This document shows positions 1 to 10,083 of a stretch of DNA of 64,000 bases, in pieces (the first letter of the stretch is position 1; every line of letters begins with the position of its first letter). A model generated the notes under the pieces. That model searched no databases. It was not told the origin of the DNA and saw only the letters and a program-made list of their open reading frames with translations. The stretch lies in the NCBI GenBank assembly GCA_035593605.1, contig DAOSWS010000013.1:3371-67370 (forward strand), given 5' to 3'. Source of the DNA: Thermoanaerobaculia bacterium. GTDB lineage: Bacteria > Acidobacteriota > Thermoanaerobaculia > UBA2201 > DAOSWS01. The position numbers were made by a program, and so were the translations under genes.

Positions 1-90
1 CAACCCCAGATAACCCTCTTTCGAAGAGCGATTCCGAATGACGTACTTTGTAGGTAAGATGAATGTGGGATCTTGTCTCGGAAGTCGGAG

Positions 91-163
91 TGGGCAGGGA
101 CGGAATCGAACCGCCCACACGGGGATTTTCAGTCCCCTGCTCTACCGACTGAGCTACCTGCCC
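91..163 (-). tRNA. tRNA-Phe (anticodon GAA); 73 nt; CCA not encoded
   Basis: Reverse complement reads GGGCAGG-TA-GCTCAGTCGGTAGAGC-A-GGGGA-CTGAAAA-TCCCC-GTGTG-GGCGG-TTCGATT-CCGTC-CCTGCCC-A. This is a canonical cloverleaf: 7-bp acceptor stem, D loop AGTCGGTAGA, anticodon loop CTGAAAA, T loop TTCGATT. It closely parallels E. coli tRNA-Phe. Confidence 0.9.
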
Positions 164-261
164 ACCGCGCCTATCATACCCACTTCCCTACCGGTTGTCA
201 AAGGTCACGGAGGGGCCGGGCTTCTATGGACAGGGGAGGGAAAACACGCTAGAGTATCGGC

Positions 262-753
262 ATGGAATCGCTCGAATCAATCCGATTGATCGTGACGGAT
301 GTGGACGGTGTCCTGACCGACGGCCGAATTTATCTGATGCCGGACGGAGAGGAAATCAAAGTCTTTAACTCGAAAGACGGGTCGGCCATCCGCCTCGCAA
401 TTCGAAATGGAATCCCCGTAGCCTTCCTTTCCGGAAGGGGAGGGAAGGCTCTGTCGGCCCGTGCCGAGGAACTGGGTGTCGAACATCTCATTATGTTCAG
501 TCGAAACAAGGAGGAAGATTTTCTTGCTCTGACAGGGAGACTGGACATTTCTCCGGATGAAACGGCCTTTATCGGGGATGACATGATCGATCTGCCCGCC
601 ATGGCCCGTGCGGGGTTTACCGCCTGCCCTTCGGATGCTGTGCCCGAGGTTCGCGCCCGCGTGGATCGAATCCTCCACACTCCCGGTGGCGGGGGGGTGC
701 TTCGAGAGGTGGTTGAACTGATTCTCAAGGCCAGGGGGGCATGGCCTCACTGA
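262..753 (+). CDS. kdsC: 3-deoxy-D-manno-octulosonate 8-phosphate phosphatase (HAD superfamily IIIA)
   Basis: 163 aa. HAD motif I is DVDGVLTDG, followed by KAFN..DG.GIR and a C-terminal GDD..D motif. Close colinear similarity to E. coli KdsC. Confidence 0.85.
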   Translation: MESLESIRLIVTDVDGVLTDGRIYLMPDGEEIKVFNSKDGSAIRLAIRNGIPVAFLSGRGGKALSARAEELGVEHLIMFSRNKEEDFLALTGRLDISPDETAFIGDDMIDLPAMARAGFTACPSDAVPEVRARVDRILHTPGGGGVLREVVELILKARGAWPH

Positions 754-1610
754 AACATTTTGCCGTTCTTATCCTCTTCGGGGCCTTTTCCCTCGTTTTC
801 AAGGTACTTCCCGTCAGCGGCGCCCGAAGGGTGGGGGCCTGGATCGGAACGCTCACCCGGATTCTGCTCCCTTCCCAGGGCCGCCGGGTCCGGTCCCACC
901 TGGAGAAAGCCTTTCCAACCTGGGGCTCACGGAAAATAACCCGCTGTATAAGAGAAAATTTTCGACATTACGGGATGACCTTCGCCGAACTTTACCATCT
1001 GGAGAAGCTCTATCCATCTGTAGAAATTTCAGGAATCCACCACCTTTCCGGAACGGGTGTGGTTCTCGTCACCGGCCACTGCGGAAACTGGGAACTGATG
1101 GCCCGGACCATTGCCCGGCGATGCGGAGGATTAACCGTTGTCGCGCGGGAAGCCTACCTGGATACGCTGAACGACTTCCTGGTTGGACTGCGAAAAAAAG
1201 GAGGGGTGGAGACCATTCTCCGCGGTTCTTCGGACAGTCCCCGACAGCTTCTCAGTGCGGTAAAGGAGGGACGGACCCTGGGCATGCTGATCGATCAGGA
1301 TACGAAGGTCGAGGGGATTTTTGTCCCCTTTTTTAACCATCCGGCCCATACACCCGTAGGAGCCGCCCGTCTGGCCCTGAAGTACGGCATTCCTTCCGTT
1401 ACCGGTTTTATTCACCGAACTCCCTCCGGTGGCCACATTCTTCACTTCGACGACCCTATCCAATCTGAAGGGCATACGGAGGAAACGCTGACTGCCCTCC
1501 TCACACGGCGGATCGAGGATCAGGTCCGTCGTCATCCGACCCAGTGGGTATGGGTGCACCGAAGATGGAAAAAGGTACCTTCCCGGGAGGAGGTGAACTC
1601 TGGAAGCTGA
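741..1610 (+). CDS. Kdo2-lipid IVA (lipid A) late acyltransferase, LpxL/LpxM/HtrB family
   Basis: 289 aa. N-terminal TM segment and the HX4E acyltransferase motif (VTGHCGNWEL). Overlaps the kdsC stop, so it lies in a Kdo / lipid A operon context. Confidence 0.75.
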   Translation: MASLKHFAVLILFGAFSLVFKVLPVSGARRVGAWIGTLTRILLPSQGRRVRSHLEKAFPTWGSRKITRCIRENFRHYGMTFAELYHLEKLYPSVEISGIHHLSGTGVVLVTGHCGNWELMARTIARRCGGLTVVAREAYLDTLNDFLVGLRKKGGVETILRGSSDSPRQLLSAVKEGRTLGMLIDQDTKVEGIFVPFFNHPAHTPVGAARLALKYGIPSVTGFIHRTPSGGHILHFDDPIQSEGHTEETLTALLTRRIEDQVRRHPTQWVWVHRRWKKVPSREEVNSGS

Positions 1611-1614
1611 ACGG

Positions 1615-2415
1615 TTGAGTCCCCTGATTCCCCAAAGTGTCGTTGAGGTTTCCGGGGCACTTCAAAAGAGTATCGAGATCTGCGGCATCCTCGAACCTGT
1701 CCGGATCTCAAACACAATTGTGGTGGACGGATTGCGCCGCATGGCTGCAGCTCTGGCTCTCGGTCTAGATGATATTCCCGTACAGGAGATTTCCGGAGAT
1801 CCCCACATCCTGCGCTGGCATCTCAATCTAACCCGTCCGTGGAATCTTTTGGAAACCGCTCATGTCTACAAAGGATTAAAAGACAGCCAAAAAAAGGCCT
1901 TCCTGTCCGATCTTTCAATGGGAGATTCACCTTCAATTCCCGCCGTCATGGATCTGCTGGTCTCCGATCCTTCGCTTCATCCGGCCATTCTGGAAGGCAG
2001 AATGACCCTCGCAGCCCTGCGGGATCTGGCTGCCTCCGGATCGGACTTTCGATTCTGGGTGAAGGTTCTCCTGGAAGCGAAGGGAACGGTGGGAGAGAGA
2101 AGGGTGGCGGCTTCCCTGGTTCGAGATTGCGTCTTTCGAGAGACCCTTCCCGGGGTTCCCGCAGTTGCCTCTGTCAAAGACGTAATTGCATGGCTGCACC
2201 CCCTCGCCCATCCCGAAACAGACACCCGGATGAATGAACTGAACACGGCCCTCGGTGAGGTGAATCTTCCTCCGGGAGTGCGGGTTCACGCTGATCCCAC
2301 GCTGGAACGGGAGGGGGTTGAGCTGTCGTTCAGGGTGACGCGGCGGGACCTCTCCCGGCTGGAAGAAATCAGGCAATCCCTTGCCCGCCTCTTCGAAAAA
2401 CTGGATTTTCTCTGA
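1615..2415 (+). CDS. ParB/Sulfiredoxin-like nuclease-domain protein (N-terminal ParBc-like motif), otherwise uncharacterised
   Basis: 266 aa with a TTG start. The segment GILEPVRISNTIVVDGLRRMAAALALGLDDIPV matches the ParB N-terminal (ParBc/Srx) signature G-L-x-P-I-x-V...G-x-RR..AA..LG...IPV. Its stop overlaps the start of the next gene (TGATG). Confidence 0.5.
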   Translation: MSPLIPQSVVEVSGALQKSIEICGILEPVRISNTIVVDGLRRMAAALALGLDDIPVQEISGDPHILRWHLNLTRPWNLLETAHVYKGLKDSQKKAFLSDLSMGDSPSIPAVMDLLVSDPSLHPAILEGRMTLAALRDLAASGSDFRFWVKVLLEAKGTVGERRVAASLVRDCVFRETLPGVPAVASVKDVIAWLHPLAHPETDTRMNELNTALGEVNLPPGVRVHADPTLEREGVELSFRVTRRDLSRLEEIRQSLARLFEKLDFL

Positions 2416-3458
2416 TGCGAATTCCCATTCCAAGCGTCATCGTTGTTGACGAGGCCGTGGAAGACCATCCGAGAGTAAGAAGCCTTCTCGACCTCCTTCC
2501 CCGGATCCCGGTTCAGACTGTTCCTGCAGGAGAGCCCTATGAAGGGAAAGGGTGGTGGATCACCCGGAACCTGGGATCGTTCCTGAGGCCATGTCCCGGT
2601 CAGAAGGGACATGTATGCTGCGGCTACTGGACGATGGAATGGATGCTGGGCTGTCCATTTCGCTGTGAGTATTGCGCTCTGCAGGCCTATCGGCCTTCAG
2701 GATCCCTGACCCTCTATGCCAATCTGGAGGACGGTCTGGAGGAAATCCGAGAACTCCGGCAGAAACGGCAGGGGCCGATTCGGTTGGGAACGGGAGAGTT
2801 CGGGGATTCCCTTGCCATGGAACCCTTCTTTCCCTTCGTGCGTGATGTGGTGGAGGCTGTGGGATCCCTGGATGATATGGTGGTGGAACTGAAGACAAAG
2901 AGCAACTGGATCGAACCTCTTCAGGACCTGCCGCACCGGGAGCGGATCATCGTAGCGTTTTCCCTCAATCCGCCGGATCTCATATATCGATACGAAACGG
3001 GAGCCGCTACCCTGGATGAGCGGCTTTCCGCCATATCCAGGGTTCTGGGCTGGGGGTACCGGGTTGCGGTCCATTTCGACCCGATCCTCCAGAGGCACGA
3101 TTGGCTTTCTCTCTACGGAGAGGTCGTTGACCGACTTGCGACGATTCTCCCGGCTGAGAAGCTGGCGTGGATCTCCATGGGAACCTTTCGATTTCCAAAG
3201 GGAATGGATGACGCCATTCTTAAATCCTATCCTGAAACGGACCTCTTTCGCCCGGAGTTTATTCGCGCCAGAGACAACAAGATGCGATATCCGAGGCCGG
3301 TCCGGGAAATGCTCTACCGGGGCCTTCTGACCGTTCTGGAGAAGCATTACCCCCGCAGGGCCATCTATCTCTGCATGGAGTCTCCGGATGTGTGGAACCG
3401 CGTCTTCGGGGAACTTATGAATTCGGCCAGGCTGACCGCGAGGTTGGATGAACGGTAA
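2415..3458 (+). CDS. Radical SAM protein of the spore-photoproduct-lyase (SplB/COG1533-like) family
   Basis: 347 aa. Cys triad C-X3-C-X2-C is followed by ALQ (GCPFRCEYCALQA), very similar to the SPL CxxxCxxCYLQ cluster. Translationally coupled to the upstream ParB-like gene. Confidence 0.6.
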   Translation: MRIPIPSVIVVDEAVEDHPRVRSLLDLLPRIPVQTVPAGEPYEGKGWWITRNLGSFLRPCPGQKGHVCCGYWTMEWMLGCPFRCEYCALQAYRPSGSLTLYANLEDGLEEIRELRQKRQGPIRLGTGEFGDSLAMEPFFPFVRDVVEAVGSLDDMVVELKTKSNWIEPLQDLPHRERIIVAFSLNPPDLIYRYETGAATLDERLSAISRVLGWGYRVAVHFDPILQRHDWLSLYGEVVDRLATILPAEKLAWISMGTFRFPKGMDDAILKSYPETDLFRPEFIRARDNKMRYPRPVREMLYRGLLTVLEKHYPRRAIYLCMESPDVWNRVFGELMNSARLTARLDER

Positions 3459-4033
3459 GATTCTGATCGTCACGGCCCACCTCAAGGAGGCAAAGCTTCT
3501 CGCCGCCTCCCTGTCCGGGTGCGTATCGGGACCTCTTCCCTACCGCTACAGTGCTCCTGGAATGGTCATCCTGGTTGCCGGGCAGGGAGAAGAATCACTA
3601 CGGCGGTCCCTCGTCAGCCTTCCCCTGACAGGGATTCGGGTTCTCCTGCTATTTGGGACCGCGGGCTCCCTGACCACAGTCTACGCACCCGGAATGGTCC
3701 TCGAGTGTCCCTGGGTTCACACCCTGGAGGGAGATATTCTGGTCTCTCCGTTGAGCCTCGGACTTCCAAGGGCCTCCATCCTGGCGGTTCCAGGGCCCGT
3801 GATCGATCCGGCTGAACGGGAAGAGCTCTTCAGAGAGCATGGGACCCTGCTGGTGGATATGGAGTCCGGAGGGTTTGTAAAAATCGTCAAGGAGAGGGGA
3901 CTCCCCTGGGCTGTCGTCAAGGTTGTATCGGACACACCATCCGAGCCGGACACCTTCCCATTTTCAGTCGAACTTGATACACTACTTCGAGAGAACGCCC
4001 GGGTTTTTCTCGGTGCCGTTCAGGAGGTTTTTT

Positions 4034-4044
<11 letters not shown>
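3448..4044 (+). CDS. PNP/UDP-phosphorylase family protein (MTA/SAH-nucleosidase-like or futalosine-hydrolase-like)
   Basis: 198 aa. KILIVTAH N-terminus, a GTAGSL glycine-rich loop and LVDMESGG, which is characteristic of the MTAN/PNP-I fold. Overlaps the radical SAM gene stop by 11 nt. Confidence 0.55.
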
Positions 4045-4447
<403 letters not shown>

Positions 4448-4466
4448 GACGCTCGATTATAGCACA

Positions 4467-6530
4467 TTGATGAAGGATTCAAGCCTCCAGGGTACCCTCG
4501 TATCTTTCCTGAAAAAGAAGGGCGGAAAGCCCGTTGAGATCAGTGTTTTACGAAGACAGTTCGGGAAAAAGGTTGATGGTGTGCTGGAAGAACTGGAACT
4601 TACCGGCATTGCCGTTCGAATTCGCCGCCATGTCTGGGCCTATGGGCCGTTCACACGTTACCGTGTGGGCACGATCCGGATCCGGGCAAAACGGGGAGAA
4701 CTTCGCCTGGAGGATGGCTCCCTCACCATTCCGTTGAAGAAGGCCCAGGGAGCCATGGATGGTGATCTCGTTCTCTGTCTGGCCGAACGCGGAGACGAGG
4801 GGCGGGTGGTCCGGATTCTCCGCCGTAACCGGGAAACCCTTCCTGGCTTTCTCGTGTCGGAAGGGAAGACAATCCTGTTCCGGCCATTTCGCAGAAATCT
4901 TCCCGATATGATTCCACGATTTGAAGACGGACATCCCGCAGATGGTTCCATTGCCTTTGAAGGCGCGATCGTCTTTTTTCCGACAGCGACCCGGCAGGGG
5001 CGTGTCAAGATTGGCAACTCCCTGGGAAAATTCGGGGAGCGTGGAATGGAGGCCCGGGTCCTCTACGCGGACCGCGGCTGGACCATGGAGTTTCCGGAGG
5101 AAGTGCTGAGAGAAGCCGAGTCGTCGGCCGATCGTTTAAGTAATATCCAGCTTTCCGACCGTACTGACCTTCGGGGGGAAACAATCTTCACCATTGACGG
5201 AGAGTACGCCCGGGACTTTGATGACGCAATCTCACTCTCAAAAATCGGACCTCGACGCTGGCGTCTGGGCGTTCACATTGCCGATGTGTCCCACTTTGTT
5301 CGACCGGGGACCTCCCTGGATGAGGAAGCCTTTGATCGGGCCACATCAACCTACTTTCCCGATACGGTTGTCCCGATGCTTCCCGAGGCCCTTTCCAACG
5401 GCGTATGTTCCCTGCGACCGGAGGAAGACCGTCTCACCCTGAGTGTCTTTATGGATGTCGACGAACGGGGAAGAACATCGAAAGTACGCCTCCTGCCCAC
5501 CATCATCCGTTCACGTTATCGCATGACCTATACGCAGGTCCAGGCCATTCTGGATGGCAGGGAGCGTCATCCCCTGACCGATACGCTTCGGGAGATGAAC
5601 CGGATTGCTAAGCGTTTTCATCGAAAACGGGTAGGTCTGGGCAGCCTGGACTTTGACCTTCCCGAAGTCGGCATCCTGTACGATGATCAGGGAAGAATGG
5701 TTGGTGTCCGTCCCGAGATCCGTTTCGACTCCCACCGTCTCATCGAAGAATTCATGATCACGGCCAACCGGGAAGTGGCAAAGATTCTGACCTTTAAGAA
5801 AATTCCCTTTCTGTACCGGATTCACGAGGATCCGGATAAAGGAAAGCTCCTGGAGCTGAAGATCATCCTGGAAGGCCTGGGATATCCCTTCCGGGTAAAC
5901 CTTGAGGAGCTGACGCCGCTTCAGGTTCAGCGACTTCAGGATTCCTGGGAAAAGCGGCCCGAGGGCCCCTACCTGAATGAACTTCTTCTCCGTTCCCTGG
6001 CCCGGGCCCGGTACACTCCCGAGAATGTCGGACATTTTGGTCTGGCCCTGGAGTACTACTGCCACTTCACCTCTCCCATCCGCCGGTATCCCGACCTGAT
6101 TGTCCACCGCAGAGTCAAAGAATACCTCTCGGGGGTCCAGTATGATCAGAAGCGTGCGGATCTCGCCTTCGATGAGCTTGTGCAGGCAGGCGACCATTGC
6201 TCAAAACGGGAATGGGAGGCCGAAGATGCCGAGAGGGAGGTCATGGAATGGAAGACTCTCCAGATCGTAAAGGAGAAGGAAAACCAGATCCTGTCCGGTC
6301 GCGTCAGTGGAGTGATTGAGACGGGCATCTTTATCATTCTGGAGGACTATCAGGTTCAGGGGTTTCTCCCCTTTGCCACCTATAAGAAGGATTATTTGAC
6401 CGCCTCCACTCTCCGCCAGGAGGTTAGCGGCCGCCGTACTTCCCTATCCCTCAGGCTGGGAGATGAAGTCAGGGTGAAGATCCTATCCGTGGACCTGCAC
6501 AAACGCTATCTTCGACTGGAGATTGTGTAA
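4467..6530 (+). CDS. rnr: Ribonuclease R (RNB-family 3'-5' exoribonuclease with C-terminal S1 domain)
   Basis: 687 aa with RNB catalytic-region motifs (DFDDAISL, HFTSPIRRYPDLIVHR) and a C-terminal S1-like domain. Confidence 0.85.
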   Translation: MMKDSSLQGTLVSFLKKKGGKPVEISVLRRQFGKKVDGVLEELELTGIAVRIRRHVWAYGPFTRYRVGTIRIRAKRGELRLEDGSLTIPLKKAQGAMDGDLVLCLAERGDEGRVVRILRRNRETLPGFLVSEGKTILFRPFRRNLPDMIPRFEDGHPADGSIAFEGAIVFFPTATRQGRVKIGNSLGKFGERGMEARVLYADRGWTMEFPEEVLREAESSADRLSNIQLSDRTDLRGETIFTIDGEYARDFDDAISLSKIGPRRWRLGVHIADVSHFVRPGTSLDEEAFDRATSTYFPDTVVPMLPEALSNGVCSLRPEEDRLTLSVFMDVDERGRTSKVRLLPTIIRSRYRMTYTQVQAILDGRERHPLTDTLREMNRIAKRFHRKRVGLGSLDFDLPEVGILYDDQGRMVGVRPEIRFDSHRLIEEFMITANREVAKILTFKKIPFLYRIHEDPDKGKLLELKIILEGLGYPFRVNLEELTPLQVQRLQDSWEKRPEGPYLNELLLRSLARARYTPENVGHFGLALEYYCHFTSPIRRYPDLIVHRRVKEYLSGVQYDQKRADLAFDELVQAGDHCSKREWEAEDAEREVMEWKTLQIVKEKENQILSGRVSGVIETGIFIILEDYQVQGFLPFATYKKDYLTASTLRQEVSGRRTSLSLRLGDEVRVKILSVDLHKRYLRLEIV

Positions 6531-6534
6531 TTCT

Positions 6535-7275
6535 TTACCGGCGTTCGAGGAGATTTTGGGCCGCCACCTTGATTGCGTGACGGATCGCCGGATTCTTGGT
6601 GATCCCCTGTAGATCGATGCGTTTCAGGGAGGATAGAAAACCAAGGGCTGTGCCGAGGGGAGTGGCAGGATTTTTAACCAGTGCCATCTTGATGCAGTAC
6701 TGATTCGACCATTTGGGTAGCCGGGAAAGGTGGGTGAGGATTTCCCCGGACGTTCCCGGATCGTTGGCAATGACCTGCAAATGAACGATCGTCATTCGAG
6801 GATTTTCCATCAGGGCTTCAATCACTTTCAGATGTTTCTCCCGGCGAAGATCGGGCAGAAGAGCCTGGGGCGCCCTGCGGGCGAGGGAGATCTTTTCTCC
6901 AAGACCCATTCCGGGAAGGCGTTCCCGAAGGGTCTTTTCTCCAATTCGCCGTATCAGCGGCGGTGTCCTCTGGTCCAGGGTAATCTCCAGCAGTTCCTTC
7001 CAGTAGAGAACGGGCACAAATCGCTGAGCCACCGGGGAAGGCGTGGTTGGATTCCGCACCAGGGCGAAACGAACTTTGTGGAAGGAAGTAAGATCTTTAC
7101 TTTCAGCGATATGGTGGATGGTTTTCCATGTACAGTTGGGGTTGGTAAGAATGGACAGAGACTCCTGCTCGTTGAGCTTGAAGTCGATCGATTCCAGCCT
7201 GGAAAGCACTTCCTCTTCCGATCCATCCCTGAATACGGTTGAATCGGAAGAAAGAGGTGAATTTCTCGGGGGCAT
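6535..7275 (-). CDS. Hypothetical protein with periodic (A/L)xNPxTP helical-repeat motifs
   Basis: 246 aa. Recurrent ALVRNPTTP / ALVKNPATP / ENPRMT / TNPNCT motifs about every 30-50 aa, suggesting an alpha-solenoid (HEAT/LRV-like). No catalytic motifs seen. Confidence 0.35.
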   Translation of the reverse strand: MPPRNSPLSSDSTVFRDGSEEEVLSRLESIDFKLNEQESLSILTNPNCTWKTIHHIAESKDLTSFHKVRFALVRNPTTPSPVAQRFVPVLYWKELLEITLDQRTPPLIRRIGEKTLRERLPGMGLGEKISLARRAPQALLPDLRREKHLKVIEALMENPRMTIVHLQVIANDPGTSGEILTHLSRLPKWSNQYCIKMALVKNPATPLGTALGFLSSLKRIDLQGITKNPAIRHAIKVAAQNLLERR

Positions 7276-7281
7276 CAGGGC

Positions 7282-7485
7282 TTAGGCTTTTTCCCTCTTG
7301 AAAATAAGACCGATGTGGTCCGTTGCACCGGATTTGAAGTTGACCGAGGTAAGGCCCACAAGCTCCCAGCCGTCCTGACCGTAGCCGTTCAGTTCAGCCT
7401 CGTAATCTTTCCGGATTTGATAGTTTTCCGACCTGAGATTGACGATTCGATATTCCCACGTTTTCATCTCCACACCCCTTTCCAC
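7282..7485 (-). CDS. DUF4177-like small protein
   Basis: 67 aa. MKTWEYRIV...GQDGWELVGL matches the DUF4177 consensus (W-E-Y-K...GWELV). Immediately upstream, on the same strand, of the repeat protein. Confidence 0.45.
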   Translation of the reverse strand: MERGVEMKTWEYRIVNLRSENYQIRKDYEAELNGYGQDGWELVGLTSVNFKSGATDHIGLIFKREKA

Positions 7486-7611
7486 GGGTTTTCACTCTTA
7501 AGTGTACACCTCCAGTGGTCACCATGCAAGGCAAATTGTCAAAATGGTGATTGAACGCACCCGGTCAAACTGCGCGAAAGAGCCTGCAGTTGGAATCCTG
7601 AAAGACGATGG

Positions 7612-8151
7612 GTGTGGGATAATCGAAGGGTGAAATCGAATCCGGCACGCCCTTCCCGTTTCCAGCGTTTTACGCGCTTCCTGATCCGTCATTCGGTCCC
7701 TCGAACCATCCTGACGTGTCTAATGGCTTTGATCACGCTTGCCGGCCGGACGCTCCTGTACCCGCCCGTACGGGGTGACATGTTCACGCTCCTCTACGAA
7801 CTTTGCCTCTTTGCTTTTTTCTGGACAATTCTGATCCATCGCTGGCTCTACCGGGAGCCGAATCTCAAAGGGGTCGAAGGCCAGATCTCTGTTCCCGGCT
7901 GTCCTTCCTGCGGGAACGATCTTCCCATCGAAGAGGAAGCCTGCCCTTCATGCGGACAGGAGGTTCACACTCTCCGATGGATTCGAATACGATCTTCCGG
8001 GCTAGCCGTCTTTCCGTTCTGGATCCTGGCTATTGTTTCCGCATTTCTGGCGGGGCAGTCTCTCCTGGCATTTATTACGGGAGCTGCGGGCCTGGTCATG
8101 GCTTACAGTTACAGGGTTCTGATTCTCCCCTCCGGGGAAGGTGATCGCTAA
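7612..8151 (+). CDS. Membrane protein with a central CxxC...CxxC zinc-ribbon
   Basis: 179 aa. Hydrophobic helices flank CPSCGNDL...CPSCGQEV. Confidence 0.4.
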   Translation: MWDNRRVKSNPARPSRFQRFTRFLIRHSVPRTILTCLMALITLAGRTLLYPPVRGDMFTLLYELCLFAFFWTILIHRWLYREPNLKGVEGQISVPGCPSCGNDLPIEEEACPSCGQEVHTLRWIRIRSSGLAVFPFWILAIVSAFLAGQSLLAFITGAAGLVMAYSYRVLILPSGEGDR

Positions 8152-8612
8152 TGGGTTTCCGTTTCGCTGTTGCTTCCCGCGTTTCCAATATCCGCCACCA
8201 CCTTCCAGTCTCCGTTCTTATCCTTCCGCCAGACGGTCAGGTACTTTCCCTCCGCCGTTCCCGAAGTGCCATCTTCCTTCTGGAATGGGAGGGTCCAGGT
8301 TCCGTAGGTGTAGCCCAGATCCCCCGAAGTGGAAAGCTCTGCGTGTAGGGGGGTCCAGGAGAGGTTCTTCGGGTTAAATCCGGTGGAGGAATAGTGACGA
8401 CGGATCGCGTCAAGGCCCTTCACGACGGGGCCCTGATCGGGAAAGATACAGGCGTCTTCCGCAAAGTACGCCATCCAGCCCTCCAATCCATGTTCCGCCG
8501 TGGCCTTTCCAAAGGCACGGTCCGCTTCGAGAAGGGATTGTGCGGGATCCGGTACGGCGGAATCTGCAATGGCAAGACCCGTTACGAGTAAAAAGAGAAA
8601 GATGAGTTTCAA
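8148..8612 (-). CDS. Secreted NTF2-like (DUF4440/SnoaL-like) protein
   Basis: 154 aa with a signal peptide. The C-terminal YLTVWRKDKNGDWKVVAD is typical of DUF4440 / NTF2-like folds. Confidence 0.45.
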   Translation of the reverse strand: MKLIFLFLLVTGLAIADSAVPDPAQSLLEADRAFGKATAEHGLEGWMAYFAEDACIFPDQGPVVKGLDAIRRHYSSTGFNPKNLSWTPLHAELSTSGDLGYTYGTWTLPFQKEDGTSGTAEGKYLTVWRKDKNGDWKVVADIGNAGSNSETETH

Positions 8613-8660
8613 TATGTCCTCCCGGTTGACCTGGATAGTGTGTCCACGACAGCACGCAGG

Positions 8661-9998
8661 TTAATCAAGATCCATCCATCGACGGCGTACGTACCGCCGG
8701 GTAATGAGAAAGGTCTGAAAAAAAATCGAAGCATTCATGGCCCACCATACTCCCTCCGGCCCAAGACTCAGTCCAACGCCCAATGCCAGCGCGAGGGGAA
8801 TCCGAACCCCCCAGACGGCGGAAGAGACAATAGCCATCGTTGTCCGGGTGTCCCCGGCTCCATTCAGGCCCCCCGCGAGGATGACGCCCCAGGCCATGAA
8901 AGGTTCCGAGATCAGAGCAATGGTGAGATATCCGATCCCTTCTGTGATGACGGTGGGATTGTCTGAAAGGAGGGCACTCACCCATCGGGCATTCAGGATC
9001 ACGGCGACAGTGAGGATCGAGACAATGGCTGTACCCATGGCAGCGGTGGTAAGTCCTCCGCGGTAGGCTTCCTCTCTCTCCTTTTTCCCAAGAAAGTTCC
9101 CCACAATCACGGCGTTGGCCATATTGAAGGCGAATGCGGGAAGGTAGATGAGGGATTCCACACGGTACCCATTGGTGAAGGCTGCCATGATGGCGACGCT
9201 GTCTCCGGGCAGGGCACCCAGAATCAGGTAAAGAGCCGTCGCCCCCGCCTGCCAGAGGACCTGAAGGAGTCCGGTTGGCCAGCCTATCCGGATAATTTTC
9301 CAGATTGACTCTTTGAGATAGCGGTGAGACTTTCGGAGGAACATCCTGAGGTGGTAAAGATTCAGGGCCGCTCCCAGAACTACCGATGCCGCCGTGGACA
9401 GGGCGATACCCCGGAACCCGAGGGGTGTGAAGAAGACAAAGAAAACATTGAGAGAAATATTGGTGACGCAGACAAGGGCCATCGTGGCCAGGGACTTTTT
9501 AATTCCCTCGCAGGCACGGAGGATTCCGTTGGTGTTGATCAGGACATAGTGAAAGAGCAGGCCCCCTGCATAGATCAGGATCAGGGGACGACCGTATGTT
9601 TTTACTACCTCGGGAACATTACTGATTTCCAGGACCCACGGGGAAAGCAGGATACCGCCGAGGCTCAGGAAGATTCCCAGAACGGTGGTTGTAAGGACAA
9701 CGGAAAAGAGGGTTGAGGCATAGGTGTCGTTGTCGCGTTCTCCGCAGAGGCGGGAGACGACGGACACGGTCCCGACGGTCAGGGCGTTGGCCAGGACGGT
9801 AAAAATGAAATAGATCTGGACGACAAACCCGTAGGCCGCCTGAACCTCCTTACCGATTTGCCCTGCAATGTATACATCGGCGAAGGTGATGAGAAATTCG
9901 AAGACCATGATCAGCGTCATCGGCCAGGCCACGGCCCAGCTCCGGTTAAGGAGCGTCTTGAAAATGGGGCGGGGGGGCATCGTACCGGGATTTACCAC
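8661..9998 (-). CDS. MATE family efflux transporter
   Basis: 445 aa with 12 predicted TM helices. The N-terminal LxRSWxxAxPMxL and conserved MATE repeat architecture are present. Confidence 0.8.
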   Translation of the reverse strand: MVNPGTMPPRPIFKTLLNRSWAVAWPMTLIMVFEFLITFADVYIAGQIGKEVQAAYGFVVQIYFIFTVLANALTVGTVSVVSRLCGERDNDTYASTLFSVVLTTTVLGIFLSLGGILLSPWVLEISNVPEVVKTYGRPLILIYAGGLLFHYVLINTNGILRACEGIKKSLATMALVCVTNISLNVFFVFFTPLGFRGIALSTAASVVLGAALNLYHLRMFLRKSHRYLKESIWKIIRIGWPTGLLQVLWQAGATALYLILGALPGDSVAIMAAFTNGYRVESLIYLPAFAFNMANAVIVGNFLGKKEREEAYRGGLTTAAMGTAIVSILTVAVILNARWVSALLSDNPTVITEGIGYLTIALISEPFMAWGVILAGGLNGAGDTRTTMAIVSSAVWGVRIPLALALGVGLSLGPEGVWWAMNASIFFQTFLITRRYVRRRWMDLD

Positions 9999-10083
9999 TC
10001 AGAGAGTGTACACGATGAGGGAAGGGAAGATATAGAAGGAGTGATTCTTCAGGGACACAAATTGCGGGGGTCGATCAGGGGTT

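Noticed and set aside
38-289. 83-aa ORF at the window start
   Set aside because: Runs straight through the tRNA-Phe gene and the kdsC promoter region. No RBS or coding signature.
5511-6197. 228-aa minus-strand ORF inside rnr
   Set aside because: Antisense shadow of the RNB/S1 gene.
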